A program made the position numbers and the translations under genes. The notes under the pieces are model-generated. The model did no database searches. It was given only the letters and a program-made list of their open reading frames with translations, and was not told where the DNA came from. From positions 64,001 to 128,000 of the IMG/VR virus record IMGVR_UViG_3300045771_000049: DNA of 64,000 nt; one strand, 5' to 3'. Shown piece after piece: positions 1-8,981 of the stretch; position 1 is the first letter of the stretch, and the number at the start of each line of letters is the position of its first letter. The DNA comes from a virus. Lineage: Duplodnaviria > Caudoviricetes.

Positions 1-4
1 TAAG

Positions 5-316
5 ATGGACAACCCGATCAAACTATTAACTGCTAACTTTTATATAAATTACGTAACAAAAGCAGCTTTACGTTCTTTAACGGCACTGATAACCGAGTAT
101 GAATTCGACGAATATACCATCATCGGTATGACCATCGATAATGTTCAACTTGGTAATTATGATCGCGATCCCGAATCGCATATCGACCCTCGCTCAGTGC
201 AGGCGATTTCAAACCGAGCTAAAGCCCTTGGCTGCCTACGAGCTTTCAGTGCAAACGCCGGGAAAACTGCTCCGCCAAAACAGGATAAAAAGCTGGTTGA
301 CCCGAAACGGCGATAG
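5..316 (+). CDS. hypothetical protein
   Basis: 103-aa ORF followed by GC-rich hairpins; no recognised motif. Confidence 0.45.
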   Translation: MDNPIKLLTANFYINYVTKAALRSLTALITEYEFDEYTIIGMTIDNVQLGNYDRDPESHIDPRSVQAISNRAKALGCLRAFSANAGKTAPPKQDKKLVDPKRR

Positions 317-384
317 AACCATTCGCGGCTAGACGCCCCGCAGGCGCCTGATGATAGTGAGACGCACGATTAACCCGATCAGTC

Positions 385-461
385 CTGGCGGGCTGTCTAA
401 GGCCCGCCAGGAGCATGACTAACTAGGCAACCCCCAGGCGCTGAGGAGACACGCCTGGGGG
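385..461. terminator. two GC-rich hairpins in a convergent intergenic region
   Basis: CCTGGCGGGC..GCCCGCCAGG (385-412) and CCCCCAGGCG..CGCCTGGGGG (about 431-461); no long U-tract. Confidence 0.4.
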
Positions 462-474
462 CGGTAGCAGAAGG

Positions 475-816
475 TTACCGCCGCGCCGCTGGCGCTTCGT
501 AGGCCTTCTGTACGGTTTGCGCCTTCCTCCACCCGGCCAGGGTCTCTTCTGGCGTATACAACCGGTTGACCGCACAGGTCGTTACCGCGCCGCTGGCGAG
601 GATGGCGTTGCTGAACGCTTGCTGCGCCGTGTGATCAGGGACTTCGTAGATCACCATGGCGCCTTGGTCGATTCCTCCACCGATCCCGAAGAAGTTGATC
701 AATTTGCCGTTGACCGACTCGATCGCCGTGCGCACGGCTTGACTCCGATCGGTGGGATTCTCAATCAACGCCCGCAATGATTCGGTGGAGTATTGAACAC
801 GCATAGAGAATAACAT
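475..816 (-). CDS. GYD-domain protein
   Basis: YSTESLRALIENPTDRSQAVRTAIESVNGKL...MVIYEVPD...LASGA...RLYTPEE matches the GYD family pattern. Confidence 0.75.
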   Translation of the reverse strand: MLFSMRVQYSTESLRALIENPTDRSQAVRTAIESVNGKLINFFGIGGGIDQGAMVIYEVPDHTAQQAFSNAILASGAVTTCAVNRLYTPEETLAGWRKAQTVQKAYEAPAARR

Positions 817-1037
817 TGTGCTGTTTCCTTACTTCCCAATCGCGATAGCGTTTCTATCGCGGACAAAGGAATAGCCAAAGTCAGAGATCGGCGCAAGCCT
901 GATTTTTGCCCTCATCGGCAAAAAATATTTGTGTATAAATGGAACTTTTGCATCGCAAACATTTTTGGTCAAAACCCCTTGCGTACGAAAAGAACTTACC
1001 GGTTGGGCGCGCCAATATATAAATTCACTCAAACAAC

Positions 1038-1340
1038 GTGAGAACTTTCATGCAGATCGAGGAACAGCTAAAGGCAATCGGCCAGACGGCCGGTGGCGAT
1101 GGGCGGGCCGTGTTAACCGTGCATGTCGGCACTTGGGATTTCGCGCTGGGTGACCCGAAGTTCGAGATTTGGGTCAACGATGCGCATGGCGTCTCCGCCA
1201 ACTTCATCAGTCACCGCAGCATCGAAGATGTCATCCAGCAAGCCTGGGTCGCGGTGAACGCACCAAGCACCCGAACCGAAACACAACGGGCGGTTGCGAC
1301 AGGTCAGCACGAGGCCGGATACGACAATATCGGGTACTGA
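1038..1340 (+). CDS. hypothetical phage protein
   Basis: 100-aa ORF with plausible composition. Confidence 0.5.
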   Translation: MRTFMQIEEQLKAIGQTAGGDGRAVLTVHVGTWDFALGDPKFEIWVNDAHGVSANFISHRSIEDVIQQAWVAVNAPSTRTETQRAVATGQHEAGYDNIGY

Positions 1341-1450
1341 GCAGCGAGATCGCAATCTCCCATCACATCATCGGTAGTGCCTATTGACCCTGATGCGGAG
1401 TCTTCCTAGAACACGATAGTATGTGACGGGAGTAGCGATTAGGGGGCAAA

Positions 1451-2347
1451 ATGGGCTTCGTGATGGACGCCGACGCAGTAGCGTCGTTTCGGCGTGATGG
1501 GTTTGTGGCCATCGAGGGATTGGTTCAGGAGCCGGAGATTGCGCGTCTCCGCAGCATGTTAATGGACCTGCATGAGCGCAATGCGGGGTTCGAGGAAGGG
1601 GCGCAATTCGATGCGGCAGCGCCGGATGATGAATCCGAGACCCGGCGGTTTCCGCAAATCTTGAATCCGCACCATTTCGAGCCGCGTCTGCTCGCGACGG
1701 GATATCATCAAGTTGGTTTGCAAATCGCGCGTCAATTGCTCGGGGCGACGGCGCGATTTCGCTGTGCGGTTTCGTTCTTAAAGCCCGCACACATCGGCAG
1801 CGACACGCCCTGGCATCAAGACGAGGCGTTTGATAATCCGACATTCGATCATCAGGAAATCACCATCTGGCTGGCCCTGACCGAGGCGGATATCGCCCAT
1901 AGTTGCATGTCGTTTATTCCTGGGTCGCATCTTTATCCCGTCTTGGAGCATCGGCCGATGGACGGTGATCCACGCCTCCATGCGTTGGAATGTGTGGATA
2001 CCCGGTTTGATCCCACCCAGGCCATTGCCCGCCCTCTTGCGGCGGGTGGCTGCACGATCCACACCCAGCGAACCCTGCACTACGCCGGGCCGAATACGTC
2101 AGCCGATTATCGCTTGGCCTACGCATTGCTATTCGATCTGCCGCCCATCATCAGACGCGAGCAACGCGAATTCCCCTGGCAACAGCAGCAACAAACCGGA
2201 CGCGAAGCCCGTCACCAGCAATGGCGGCGGCGTGGCGGGGTGCTGATCCATTTCTGGCGCCAGCGCCATCGCGTCGGGTTCAAGCGTGGCATCGTGGGAC
2301 TGCAAACCCTGCTGAACCGGGTGATGCGCAAGTTTGGCCGCTCATGA
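1451..2347 (+). CDS. phytanoyl-CoA dioxygenase (PhyH) family Fe(II)/2OG oxygenase
   Basis: FRRDGFV start, TPWHQD (HxD), ITIWLAL, FIPGSH, TLHYAGPN, distal Arg. Confidence 0.9.
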   Translation: MGFVMDADAVASFRRDGFVAIEGLVQEPEIARLRSMLMDLHERNAGFEEGAQFDAAAPDDESETRRFPQILNPHHFEPRLLATGYHQVGLQIARQLLGATARFRCAVSFLKPAHIGSDTPWHQDEAFDNPTFDHQEITIWLALTEADIAHSCMSFIPGSHLYPVLEHRPMDGDPRLHALECVDTRFDPTQAIARPLAAGGCTIHTQRTLHYAGPNTSADYRLAYALLFDLPPIIRREQREFPWQQQQQTGREARHQQWRRRGGVLIHFWRQRHRVGFKRGIVGLQTLLNRVMRKFGRS

Positions 2348-3211
2348 CCGGATGCAATGGGCCAGACGGCGTTTGATAATTTGCGCATATGCCGGACTGA
2401 TCTCGATCAAGGTGGCTTTGCGCCCAAGTTCGGCTGCCACCAATCCAGTGGTGCCAGCGCCCGCGAAGGGGTCCAGCACCTGATCCCCTTCCGCTGATCC
2501 GGCCAGGATACAGCGGCCTGCGAGGTTGGGTGGCATGGTTGCGAAATGCGCGTCCTTGTACGGTTTTGTGGTGATCGTCCAGACGTTCCGGGAATTGCGC
2601 ATCGGGCCGCCATCAATACCCGGTTCCTCGCGGACCAATCCATGCGTGCCGCTACGGTGATCGCCTGCGCCGGGTGCCGCATAGGCGGCTTTCGAGGTGA
2701 GACGGCGCTGCGGCTTCATGATCGCTGGTTCGGCGATCGCCTCGGCGTTATAGCGATAGACCGGCTGCTTGGTGAGCAGAAACACATGCTCATGCACCGA
2801 GGTGGGGCGATCTTTGACCGGCTCTGGCATGGCGTTCGGCTTCTGCCAGATGATATCGGAACGTAACCACCATCCATCGGATTGGAGCGCCAGGGCAACG
2901 CGGGCTGGAAGCATCATCAAATCCTTCGGCTTGGCATTGGTGTGGCGTTTGCTGCGGCCAATCGCGCTATGCCCGTGCAGCGCCTTGACGTGTTTGCCGC
3001 CCGTGCTGCCGCCCCACTTGCCATCATTGGCGTAGGAATCCCCCAGCGTCAGCCAGAGCGTGCCATCATCGCGCAGCACCCGGCGTACCGCACGAAACAC
3101 CGTGACCAGATGAGCGATATAAGCCTCCGGCGTGGGTTCGGTGCCGATTTCGGCGGGCATAAAAAAGTCAAGAAGATGAGATGGAATCAAACTTTTCCGA
3201 AATAAATTCAC
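2342..3211 (-). CDS. C-terminal part of a split beta-class N4/N6 DNA methyltransferase
   Basis: EIGTEPTPEAY..RVLRDDGTLW..GDSY, WQKPNAMPE, HFATMP, VLDPFAGAGTT; lacks SPPY, which is in the upstream ORF; own RBS-like AAAGGAA before GTG. Confidence 0.9.
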   Translation of the reverse strand: MNLFRKSLIPSHLLDFFMPAEIGTEPTPEAYIAHLVTVFRAVRRVLRDDGTLWLTLGDSYANDGKWGGSTGGKHVKALHGHSAIGRSKRHTNAKPKDLMMLPARVALALQSDGWWLRSDIIWQKPNAMPEPVKDRPTSVHEHVFLLTKQPVYRYNAEAIAEPAIMKPQRRLTSKAAYAAPGAGDHRSGTHGLVREEPGIDGGPMRNSRNVWTITTKPYKDAHFATMPPNLAGRCILAGSAEGDQVLDPFAGAGTTGLVAAELGRKATLIEISPAYAQIIKRRLAHCIRS

Positions 3212-3230
3212 AATAAAACATTCCTTTTGT

Positions 3231-4220
3231 TCACGACGGAGCGTGGTCGATCGGCGTAATATGCAACAACGCCAATTCGATCAGAACTGCGGCACGGATA
3301 TCCTCTGGCAGATCATCCCGCAGGCGAACCACATCTGGCAGATATGAGCGCAAATTAAAATAGGGGGGCGAGGTGACGCAAGTCTGGAAGTGATCGGCCG
3401 GTAAGGTTTGCAATACGTCGATACAGTTGCCGACGACCAATTCAACCGTATTGCTGCTGGCAAAATGAATTAGCCGATCAAGCGACTCCGGAGCCCGCGT
3501 TAATGATTCCACTGTAATAATGTCCTGTTGCGAAAGAATTGACACCGCGTCATCCAGATAGGCGGAATTCTGCTGGCCACGCGCGGTGTAAAAATCGATC
3601 AGAAATGCGGCCAATTGCTTGGCGGAAATGCCCGGACTGGTTTGCCGGGGATCGTAGCACAGCAGCAAGAGATTATGCAGTGGCTGCTTGTCTGGTGCCA
3701 ATGCGGGCTGAACATAATCGAACATCACCTGACGCAGGCCCAGCGCATCCAACGCGCGAAGACGCGTCTCGGCGATGATTTGGTCATGATCTGTCAGACA
3801 TTGCGCAGGGTCCTCGGTTTCCGCCAACAATAGCGCGCCAGTCTGTTCATAACTAGCCAGTGAGCGGTTGACTTCGGTCATCAGTCCGGCGGCAATGCCT
3901 TGGCGGCGAGCCTCGGGCCGGACCGCGATATAGCTCAACAGCCAGCAATCGGCAATGTAGTATCGTTCCAGCAGCGCCCCGCCGACGATCTGCTCCCCAT
4001 TGTAGGCGATGATGAGGCCAACGCCCGGACTGCCTTCGGGACGATCGTCTTCCATCAACGGCAGCCAAATATCCGGGGTTTCGGCTTGATCGGTCTTGGG
4101 GAATGCAGCGCGATAGACTTGTTCGTAAAACTCAATGGTTTTGACCCGACGCTGTTCCGGCGTTTCGGCATGTAAATCGAAATAACGAACGGCATCCGAA
4201 ATGGTTTCGATGGGACTCAA
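3231..4220 (-). CDS. GNAT acetyltransferase fused to the N-terminal (SPPY) part of a DNA methyltransferase
   Basis: GNAT motif A LSYIAVRPEARRQGIA; C-terminal VVGNCIDVLQTLPADHFQTCVTSPPYFNLRSY; late promoter (TATTTA on +) at 4249-4254. Confidence 0.8.
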   Translation of the reverse strand: MSPIETISDAVRYFDLHAETPEQRRVKTIEFYEQVYRAAFPKTDQAETPDIWLPLMEDDRPEGSPGVGLIIAYNGEQIVGGALLERYYIADCWLLSYIAVRPEARRQGIAAGLMTEVNRSLASYEQTGALLLAETEDPAQCLTDHDQIIAETRLRALDALGLRQVMFDYVQPALAPDKQPLHNLLLLCYDPRQTSPGISAKQLAAFLIDFYTARGQQNSAYLDDAVSILSQQDIITVESLTRAPESLDRLIHFASSNTVELVVGNCIDVLQTLPADHFQTCVTSPPYFNLRSYLPDVVRLRDDLPEDIRAAVLIELALLHITPIDHAPS

Positions 4221-4315
4221 TCGTCCTTAGGGCGTCTGGTTCACCGTGTATTTAAGCGTCGCCGAACCGTCCGGACGTTCCTAAATAAGGCTATGCGAAT
4301 TGAGGGTTTTCAAAC

Positions 4316-4501
4316 ATGGAGACTTTAGCGATCACCGTCGGCATCATGGCGTTTTTGCTGTGTTGGATTTTTGATTTGGTGGCGATTTTGGCGCCGACGC
4401 TCGGCTTGGCCTTGATTGTGTTAAAACTGGTGGTATTGATCCTCGCCGTGGCCGTGATCATACGCGGCACCGGCAAGTGGATGATCGGTACCCAACGTTG
4501 A
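4316..4501 (+). CDS. small two-TM membrane protein
   Basis: Two hydrophobic stretches; TAAATA at 4282-4287 upstream. Confidence 0.55.
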   Translation: METLAITVGIMAFLLCWIFDLVAILAPTLGLALIVLKLVVLILAVAVIIRGTGKWMIGTQR

Positions 4502-4510
4502 CCCGGACGG

Positions 4511-4516
4511 TAAATA
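4511..4516 (+). promoter_or_regulatory. T4-like late promoter TAAATA (representative of more than 25 copies)
   Basis: Same hexamer, correctly oriented, upstream of structural, effector, prkA and other genes (positions given per feature); matches the core of T4 TATAAATA. Confidence 0.8.
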
Positions 4517-4522
4517 GACGCT

Positions 4523-4888
4523 ATGCGATACCATCAATTGCGCGCGAGTGAGGCGATGACCGAGAGTTCGGGGGATGAACGCAGGTCCATCGTGGACAAC
4601 ACAGAGGACGATTACCGGCTGCCCAACCTGTCGCGGATCGTCCCGCCGGAACATCTGCATCCGGTGGTGAAACTCGCTCTACCCAATGTCACGATCTACC
4701 GCGCAGTTCCTGAGGGCATAACCGAAATCCGCCCTGGTGATTGGGTCGCTCTGGATCGGCATTATGCCGGAACGCACTCCCGTGGCGGAGCGGTGCTCTC
4801 AAAACGGGTGCCTGCTGACGATGTCGCCTGGGCTGGTACCGATAAAAACGAGTATTACTACGTGCCGCGCAAGATCGTTGCGCCATGA
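4523..4888 (+). CDS. leader-bearing ART-like protein (IYRAVP..PGDWV family)
   Basis: TAAATA 4511-4516; leader MRYHQLRASE; VTIYRAVP..IRPGDWVA...YA..H...NEYYY as seen in polyvalent proteins. Confidence 0.6.
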   Translation: MRYHQLRASEAMTESSGDERRSIVDNTEDDYRLPNLSRIVPPEHLHPVVKLALPNVTIYRAVPEGITEIRPGDWVALDRHYAGTHSRGGAVLSKRVPADDVAWAGTDKNEYYYVPRKIVAP

Positions 4889-5044
4889 CCCGATAATCTG
4901 AGTTTGCCCATGACCTTTCACCGTCGATGGTTCATCTGGCTGCACGATTGGACCAATCCGTTACGCCGCTACCTGCGGCGATGGCGGTCACGGTACGGCG
5001 CGGGGGTCTGCGCCGCCATGAGCCACTCTGGTGCGGGTTTTGGC

Positions 5045-5243
5045 ATTGTCGTAGCCCGAAGTCGGACTGATCCTTTGGTCGCATGGTATCACAATATATT
5101 GTTTTTGTAGCCACCCTTTTCGTAGCCACTCAGAAAGTGGCTGCTGTCTTCTTGTCGTAGCCCCGTTTGAGAAGGACTGGGGTGACCACTGACTGATCGC
5201 GATTCGCGCATCATTCTCGTTTTCGTAGCCCTGAGCAGGACTG
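5045..5243 (-). repeat. array A of short hairpin repeats C-AG(T/C)C..GGCT-AC(G/A)AxAA
   Basis: Units start on the minus strand at 5243, 5179, 5143 and 5069, plus a half unit near 5107-5112. Confidence 0.7.
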
Positions 5244-5392
5244 TGGTTGAGCTAAGTCATTTTTAGTAGCGTATGGGATGGTCGCCTTCCCATCGGCTGC
5301 CGGTTTGACAAAGAGCGGAGTATCACTGTAACATTATCATCGATCGGTTTGGGATGCAAAAACAAGTTAACGCGAACCGGTCTAAATACGCC

Positions 5393-5950
5393 GTGCGTTA
5401 TCTTGAATTCATGTCTGAGACCGTGACCGAGCCGGACTTTGGCTTTTCCAATTGGTTTGGGCGTAGCGTCGTCGTTCGTGATGGTCAGCCGCTTGAGGTC
5501 TACCATGGCAGTGCGGCGTCCCATCCGATCCCCTTTAAGATGCGGTCGAAATCGATTAACAGCACGACGCTGGGCGATGTCGCGACCACCCGGCGCGGCG
5601 CCTTCTTCACCGCTAATCCGGCCTTTGCCGCGCAATATGGCACACGGGTTGGCGGTTATTTCTTGTCCCTGCAACACCCGGCCGAGATCACCCGTGATCG
5701 CATGCTGGATTTCGCTGATTCGCTCGATGCCTTCACCGAGCGCGATCTGTGGGTCCTGGCAAAATATCAGACCAAACCCTGGATATTCTTTGATGGTGAG
5801 TTGGGGGAACGGTTTGTGCACTACTTGATCGCGGCAGGCTTCGATGGCGCCACCTTTCATGAGGATGTCGAAAGCCCCGCAGGCGAGTCGATCGAAGGCA
5901 CGACTTTCGTGGCCTTTCATCCGCAGCAGATACGGCATGTTAGTAAGTGA
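5393..5950 (+). CDS. ART-PolyVal-like ADP-ribosyltransferase with leader
   Basis: TAAATA 5383-5388, GTG start MRYLEFMSE; FSNWFGRSVVV.DGQPLEVYHGS, GAFFT, GFDG, FVAFHPQQI. Confidence 0.75.
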   Translation: MRYLEFMSETVTEPDFGFSNWFGRSVVVRDGQPLEVYHGSAASHPIPFKMRSKSINSTTLGDVATTRRGAFFTANPAFAAQYGTRVGGYFLSLQHPAEITRDRMLDFADSLDAFTERDLWVLAKYQTKPWIFFDGELGERFVHYLIAAGFDGATFHEDVESPAGESIEGTTFVAFHPQQIRHVSK

Positions 5951-6407
5951 TCTCACCGAGACGCGAGCGGCGTCGCTCTATCACGGTTGCGGTCTCGGCG
6001 GCGCCTTGCAGATCATCGCGCGGAATACCCTGGAAGACCGCACCCAGCACGAATTAGCCCCCGGCAGCGAGCCGGTCACCGGAACCTCGTTGAGCCGGTC
6101 GCTCCGCGTGGCCTGGGGCTTTGGTGATGTGGTGTTTGAGTTCGATCAGACCCGGCTGCGGCAGCGGTTTCGGCTCATCCCGGTGGATTACTGGCATCGT
6201 GCCTTGGAACCGGACTTGACCGGCGTGGGTCGGCGGCGCGGCAAATATGCCGAAGCGGAAGAATTTCTCATCGGGCCGTTGACCAACGTGATGCGCTATG
6301 TCACGGCCATCCACATGACGCCCCAGCGACTGGCATGGGCGATGAAGTATCATCAGGAGCAATCCCAGCCGCTGCTGACACATCCGTTGCTCAAAGTCAT
6401 AGAGTGA
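5937..6407 (+). CDS. ART-like protein (LYHG..SL(S/T)RS..ExEE family)
   Basis: Leader MLVSDLTE; LYHG, GTSLSRS, VVFEFD, EAEEF; paralogous to 22950 and 60866. Confidence 0.6.
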   Translation: MLVSDLTETRAASLYHGCGLGGALQIIARNTLEDRTQHELAPGSEPVTGTSLSRSLRVAWGFGDVVFEFDQTRLRQRFRLIPVDYWHRALEPDLTGVGRRRGKYAEAEEFLIGPLTNVMRYVTAIHMTPQRLAWAMKYHQEQSQPLLTHPLLKVIE

Positions 6408-6438
6408 ACTACCCCCGCCCTAAAGAGGCGGGGGCTTC
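6404..6438 (+). mobile_element. solo IS200/IS605-type end hairpin
   Basis: GTGAACTACCCCCGCCCTAAAGAGGCGGGGGCTTC resembles IS605/IscB-element terminal hairpins; no tnpA/tnpB in window. Confidence 0.55.
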
Positions 6439-6478
6439 CAAGACCAAATCGTCTGGCGCGTTCTTGATAAATAAGTTC

Positions 6479-7675
6479 ATGCGCTATCGTGAAATCTGCC
6501 GCATTCGGCCGCTGCTCGAAACGTACCGGTTTCTGACTCGTGATGAGCGGGGCAATGACATCTCACCCGATGAACTGATGGACGACGTGGACGAGCCGAA
6601 GATCATCGTGCGGTGGGGGCGTGATCGATATCAGGATGAGTTGATCGCTGTATTCCCGCTCGATGATGGGTATGATGAGCAAAAGCGCTTCCATGTTATT
6701 CTTGACGATCAGAGTGCCACGATCGAACGGGAGAGTTTTCAGTTTGAGGCCGCGCCAATTGTCAAATATCTCTTGAGTCGGTGGCCGCAATACGCGAGCT
6801 TCACATTGCACTCCATGCCCTCTTATTACAGTGAAACGGCCCTCGGGGACGTCGAAACATTGGCTGATCTGGCCAAACATACCAAACGACCTTCGGTCAC
6901 TGATCAGCGAATTTGGTACCATGGCACCTCGTCGGTACATGCGCCGGAAATTCTTCGGCTTGGACTTCGCCCGCAGGATGCCGATAATCGGCAATATCGC
7001 GGCATGCATGGCAGCAAAGAGAACATGGTCTATCTGACGTCCGATATCGACACCGCCGAATTCCATGCGAAGAATTCGGTCAAGCATTTTGGCGGGGCGC
7101 CCACGGTGTTGCGGATCGACATTTCCGGTTTGGAGGCCAATATCCGCACCGATCATGACGTGCGTTTCACGCCTTTGGCGGCGGAGCGTAACGCGCAGAA
7201 TCAGGGTGATCTCAAACGTATCCGGGCGAAACCGGGACAGGCCAGCTACATGGGTCTCAAAACCATTTCGTTTGCCGGACGTATTCCGCCGAGCCGCATT
7301 TCCATTCTGTCCCAGGGCGCGGACACCAAAGCGGCCCCGCGTTTGCAGAAGATTGCGGGCCAGTATGAGTTTCTCAAAGCCCTCGGGGCACTCACCTCGG
7401 GTATTGCCGCCGCCTACATGGATCAGTTTTTTCATATCATCGGCGCCCAGCCGTCCGGTTGGACTGGCACGACCAAACGCTATCCGGACAGCTACCGTGA
7501 GAATGTGCCCTTGCTCATCAATTCGATTCACAATGGACGGCAGGCACCGGCCAGCTACGCGCAATGGATTCGGGGGATGTATCGGCGGACCGGGGCTTGG
7601 CGCACACGCGGCGGCGTTTACACGCAGATCGTCACCTTGATCGCCGATGAGATCAAGCGCCTCAGCACGGTCTGA
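6479..7675 (+). CDS. leader-bearing protein with Tpt1/KptA-like ART domain
   Basis: TAAATA 6468-6473; MRYREICRIRPLLE; WYHGTSS..ILRLGLRP, VYLTSD..A..HA, GGAPTVLRID. Confidence 0.7.
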   Translation: MRYREICRIRPLLETYRFLTRDERGNDISPDELMDDVDEPKIIVRWGRDRYQDELIAVFPLDDGYDEQKRFHVILDDQSATIERESFQFEAAPIVKYLLSRWPQYASFTLHSMPSYYSETALGDVETLADLAKHTKRPSVTDQRIWYHGTSSVHAPEILRLGLRPQDADNRQYRGMHGSKENMVYLTSDIDTAEFHAKNSVKHFGGAPTVLRIDISGLEANIRTDHDVRFTPLAAERNAQNQGDLKRIRAKPGQASYMGLKTISFAGRIPPSRISILSQGADTKAAPRLQKIAGQYEFLKALGALTSGIAAAYMDQFFHIIGAQPSGWTGTTKRYPDSYRENVPLLINSIHNGRQAPASYAQWIRGMYRRTGAWRTRGGVYTQIVTLIADEIKRLSTV

Positions 7676-7685
7676 TGCGGGTTAT

Positions 7686-7826
7686 CAGTCCTTACTAGGG
7701 CTACGAGAAACGAGAACGAGGCGGCGATGATCTTTAAGCGACGACAGTCCTTTGTACGGCTACAATAACGGCGAGACCTTTTTTTATCGATAGTGGCGCG
7801 TACCAGTCCTTGTGGGCTACGAGAAC
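7686..7826 (+). repeat. array B: three hairpin repeats with an exact 59-nt period
   Basis: CAGTCC at 7686, 7745 and 7804, each closing with GGCT followed by ACGAGAAA, ACAATAAC and ACGAGAAC. Confidence 0.75.
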
Positions 7827-7836
7827 CAACCAAAGG

Positions 7837-8874
7837 TTATTCATCTTCTGACAATTTCGCACTGCCTGCTTTATCAGGATCAAAATTCGCATGGGCGGAG
7901 CGTACCTGATTTGCCTGAAAGGCGATCGTAACCGCATGCGATTTTCCGCGATTGCCCGGATTATAGCGGTCGATGTGCCGCAACCCGTCGTATCCGAGTT
8001 CTTCGAGCCAGCGATTCGCTTCAGTTTTGAACTCGATGGTGTCGGTCTCACCACCAAATAGCTGACTTTCCGACTGCCAGTCATGGTAGCCGTCCGTATT
8101 CTGCCAGAGTGTTTTATAAATCTCGCGCCCATAGGCAGAGGCGATCCGTCCGGAGGCCAACATCGTTGCATGGCGCTCAGCTTCTTCGGCCTCCCGTTGT
8201 TCAATCCTGTCAAGACGTTGCTTAATCTCCTTTAGGTCGTATTCAACTGCTTTCTCAACGTCCGTGATGTATTCTTCATCGTTTTCGCCGTCGTCGTAAT
8301 CATCCGGATCGATGTCCGCATGTGAGTCAGCGCCCTCAAGCGTATACAACTGATCTTCGAGTTCCTCAGTCTCGGTCCGTTCCCGATGCTCGTCCTCTAC
8401 GTCGGCCTCATCCGACCAGTTATAGGCTTCCTTTTGGAGATCGTGCCAGAACTCGATATGCTCAGCCCCATCCGGAAAACAATGGTCGAAAATGCGTTTG
8501 ATTTCGGCGAAGGGATAGACCTTATCAAGATCGAAAGGATTCTTAACTTTTAGGAAAACCTTGTATACGGTGGGGGCTGGCTCGTCGTCGGTATCGTTAC
8601 CCCACGACGTGCCGGGCTTCGAATAGCCGCTGGCAGCATCGGTATCTCTGGTCGCATAGGCACCCCGTCCGTAGGCGAGGTTCTCGTCTGGCGTCCGGTC
8701 GAGATCGACTTCGTCGAAATCGCCATTGGGCGTCCCGAAATAATGCGGATCATCCGGATCGAACCCCATCTCGCGCGCACGTGTCATGCGCGCTTCATGT
8801 GAATTATCTCCAGGTGCGGGTGGTCTGTCAGTTAGACCCTCAATCAATGCGATATAGCGCCGGATAATATTCAC
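7837..8874 (-). CDS. ART-PolyVal-like protein with acidic insertion and leader
   Basis: Leader MNIIRRYIALIE; RAREMGFD, YFGT, YGRGAYAT, VYKVFLKVKNPF, GYDG, FQANQVRSAHANFDP; promoter 8901-8906. Confidence 0.7.
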   Translation of the reverse strand: MNIIRRYIALIEGLTDRPPAPGDNSHEARMTRAREMGFDPDDPHYFGTPNGDFDEVDLDRTPDENLAYGRGAYATRDTDAASGYSKPGTSWGNDTDDEPAPTVYKVFLKVKNPFDLDKVYPFAEIKRIFDHCFPDGAEHIEFWHDLQKEAYNWSDEADVEDEHRERTETEELEDQLYTLEGADSHADIDPDDYDDGENDEEYITDVEKAVEYDLKEIKQRLDRIEQREAEEAERHATMLASGRIASAYGREIYKTLWQNTDGYHDWQSESQLFGGETDTIEFKTEANRWLEELGYDGLRHIDRYNPGNRGKSHAVTIAFQANQVRSAHANFDPDKAGSAKLSEDE

Positions 8875-8981
8875 GATTCTACCAACTACCTATGTTCTGA
8901 TATTTAATGAATATTCGAGTTCGTGTACTCCTGGTGGGGCAACTCACAGCGCGTGCGCTCAGGTTTGCCCTAAATAGCGGC

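Noticed and set aside
346-455. CTGATGA / CTGAGGA as hammerhead ribozyme cores (also CTGACGA near 41838)
   Set aside because: No correctly placed stem II plus GAAA and cleavage triplet
6563-7564. Long antisense ORFs (for example 6563-7564, 37047-38057, 16193-16927, 5252-5956)
   Set aside because: Shadows of motif-bearing genes on the opposite strand in GC-rich DNA
5045-7826. Calling the hairpin arrays a canonical CRISPR or TIGR array
   Set aside because: Repeats are not identical, there are few units, no cas/tas gene is in the window and no box C/D motifs are present; kept as an unexplained array
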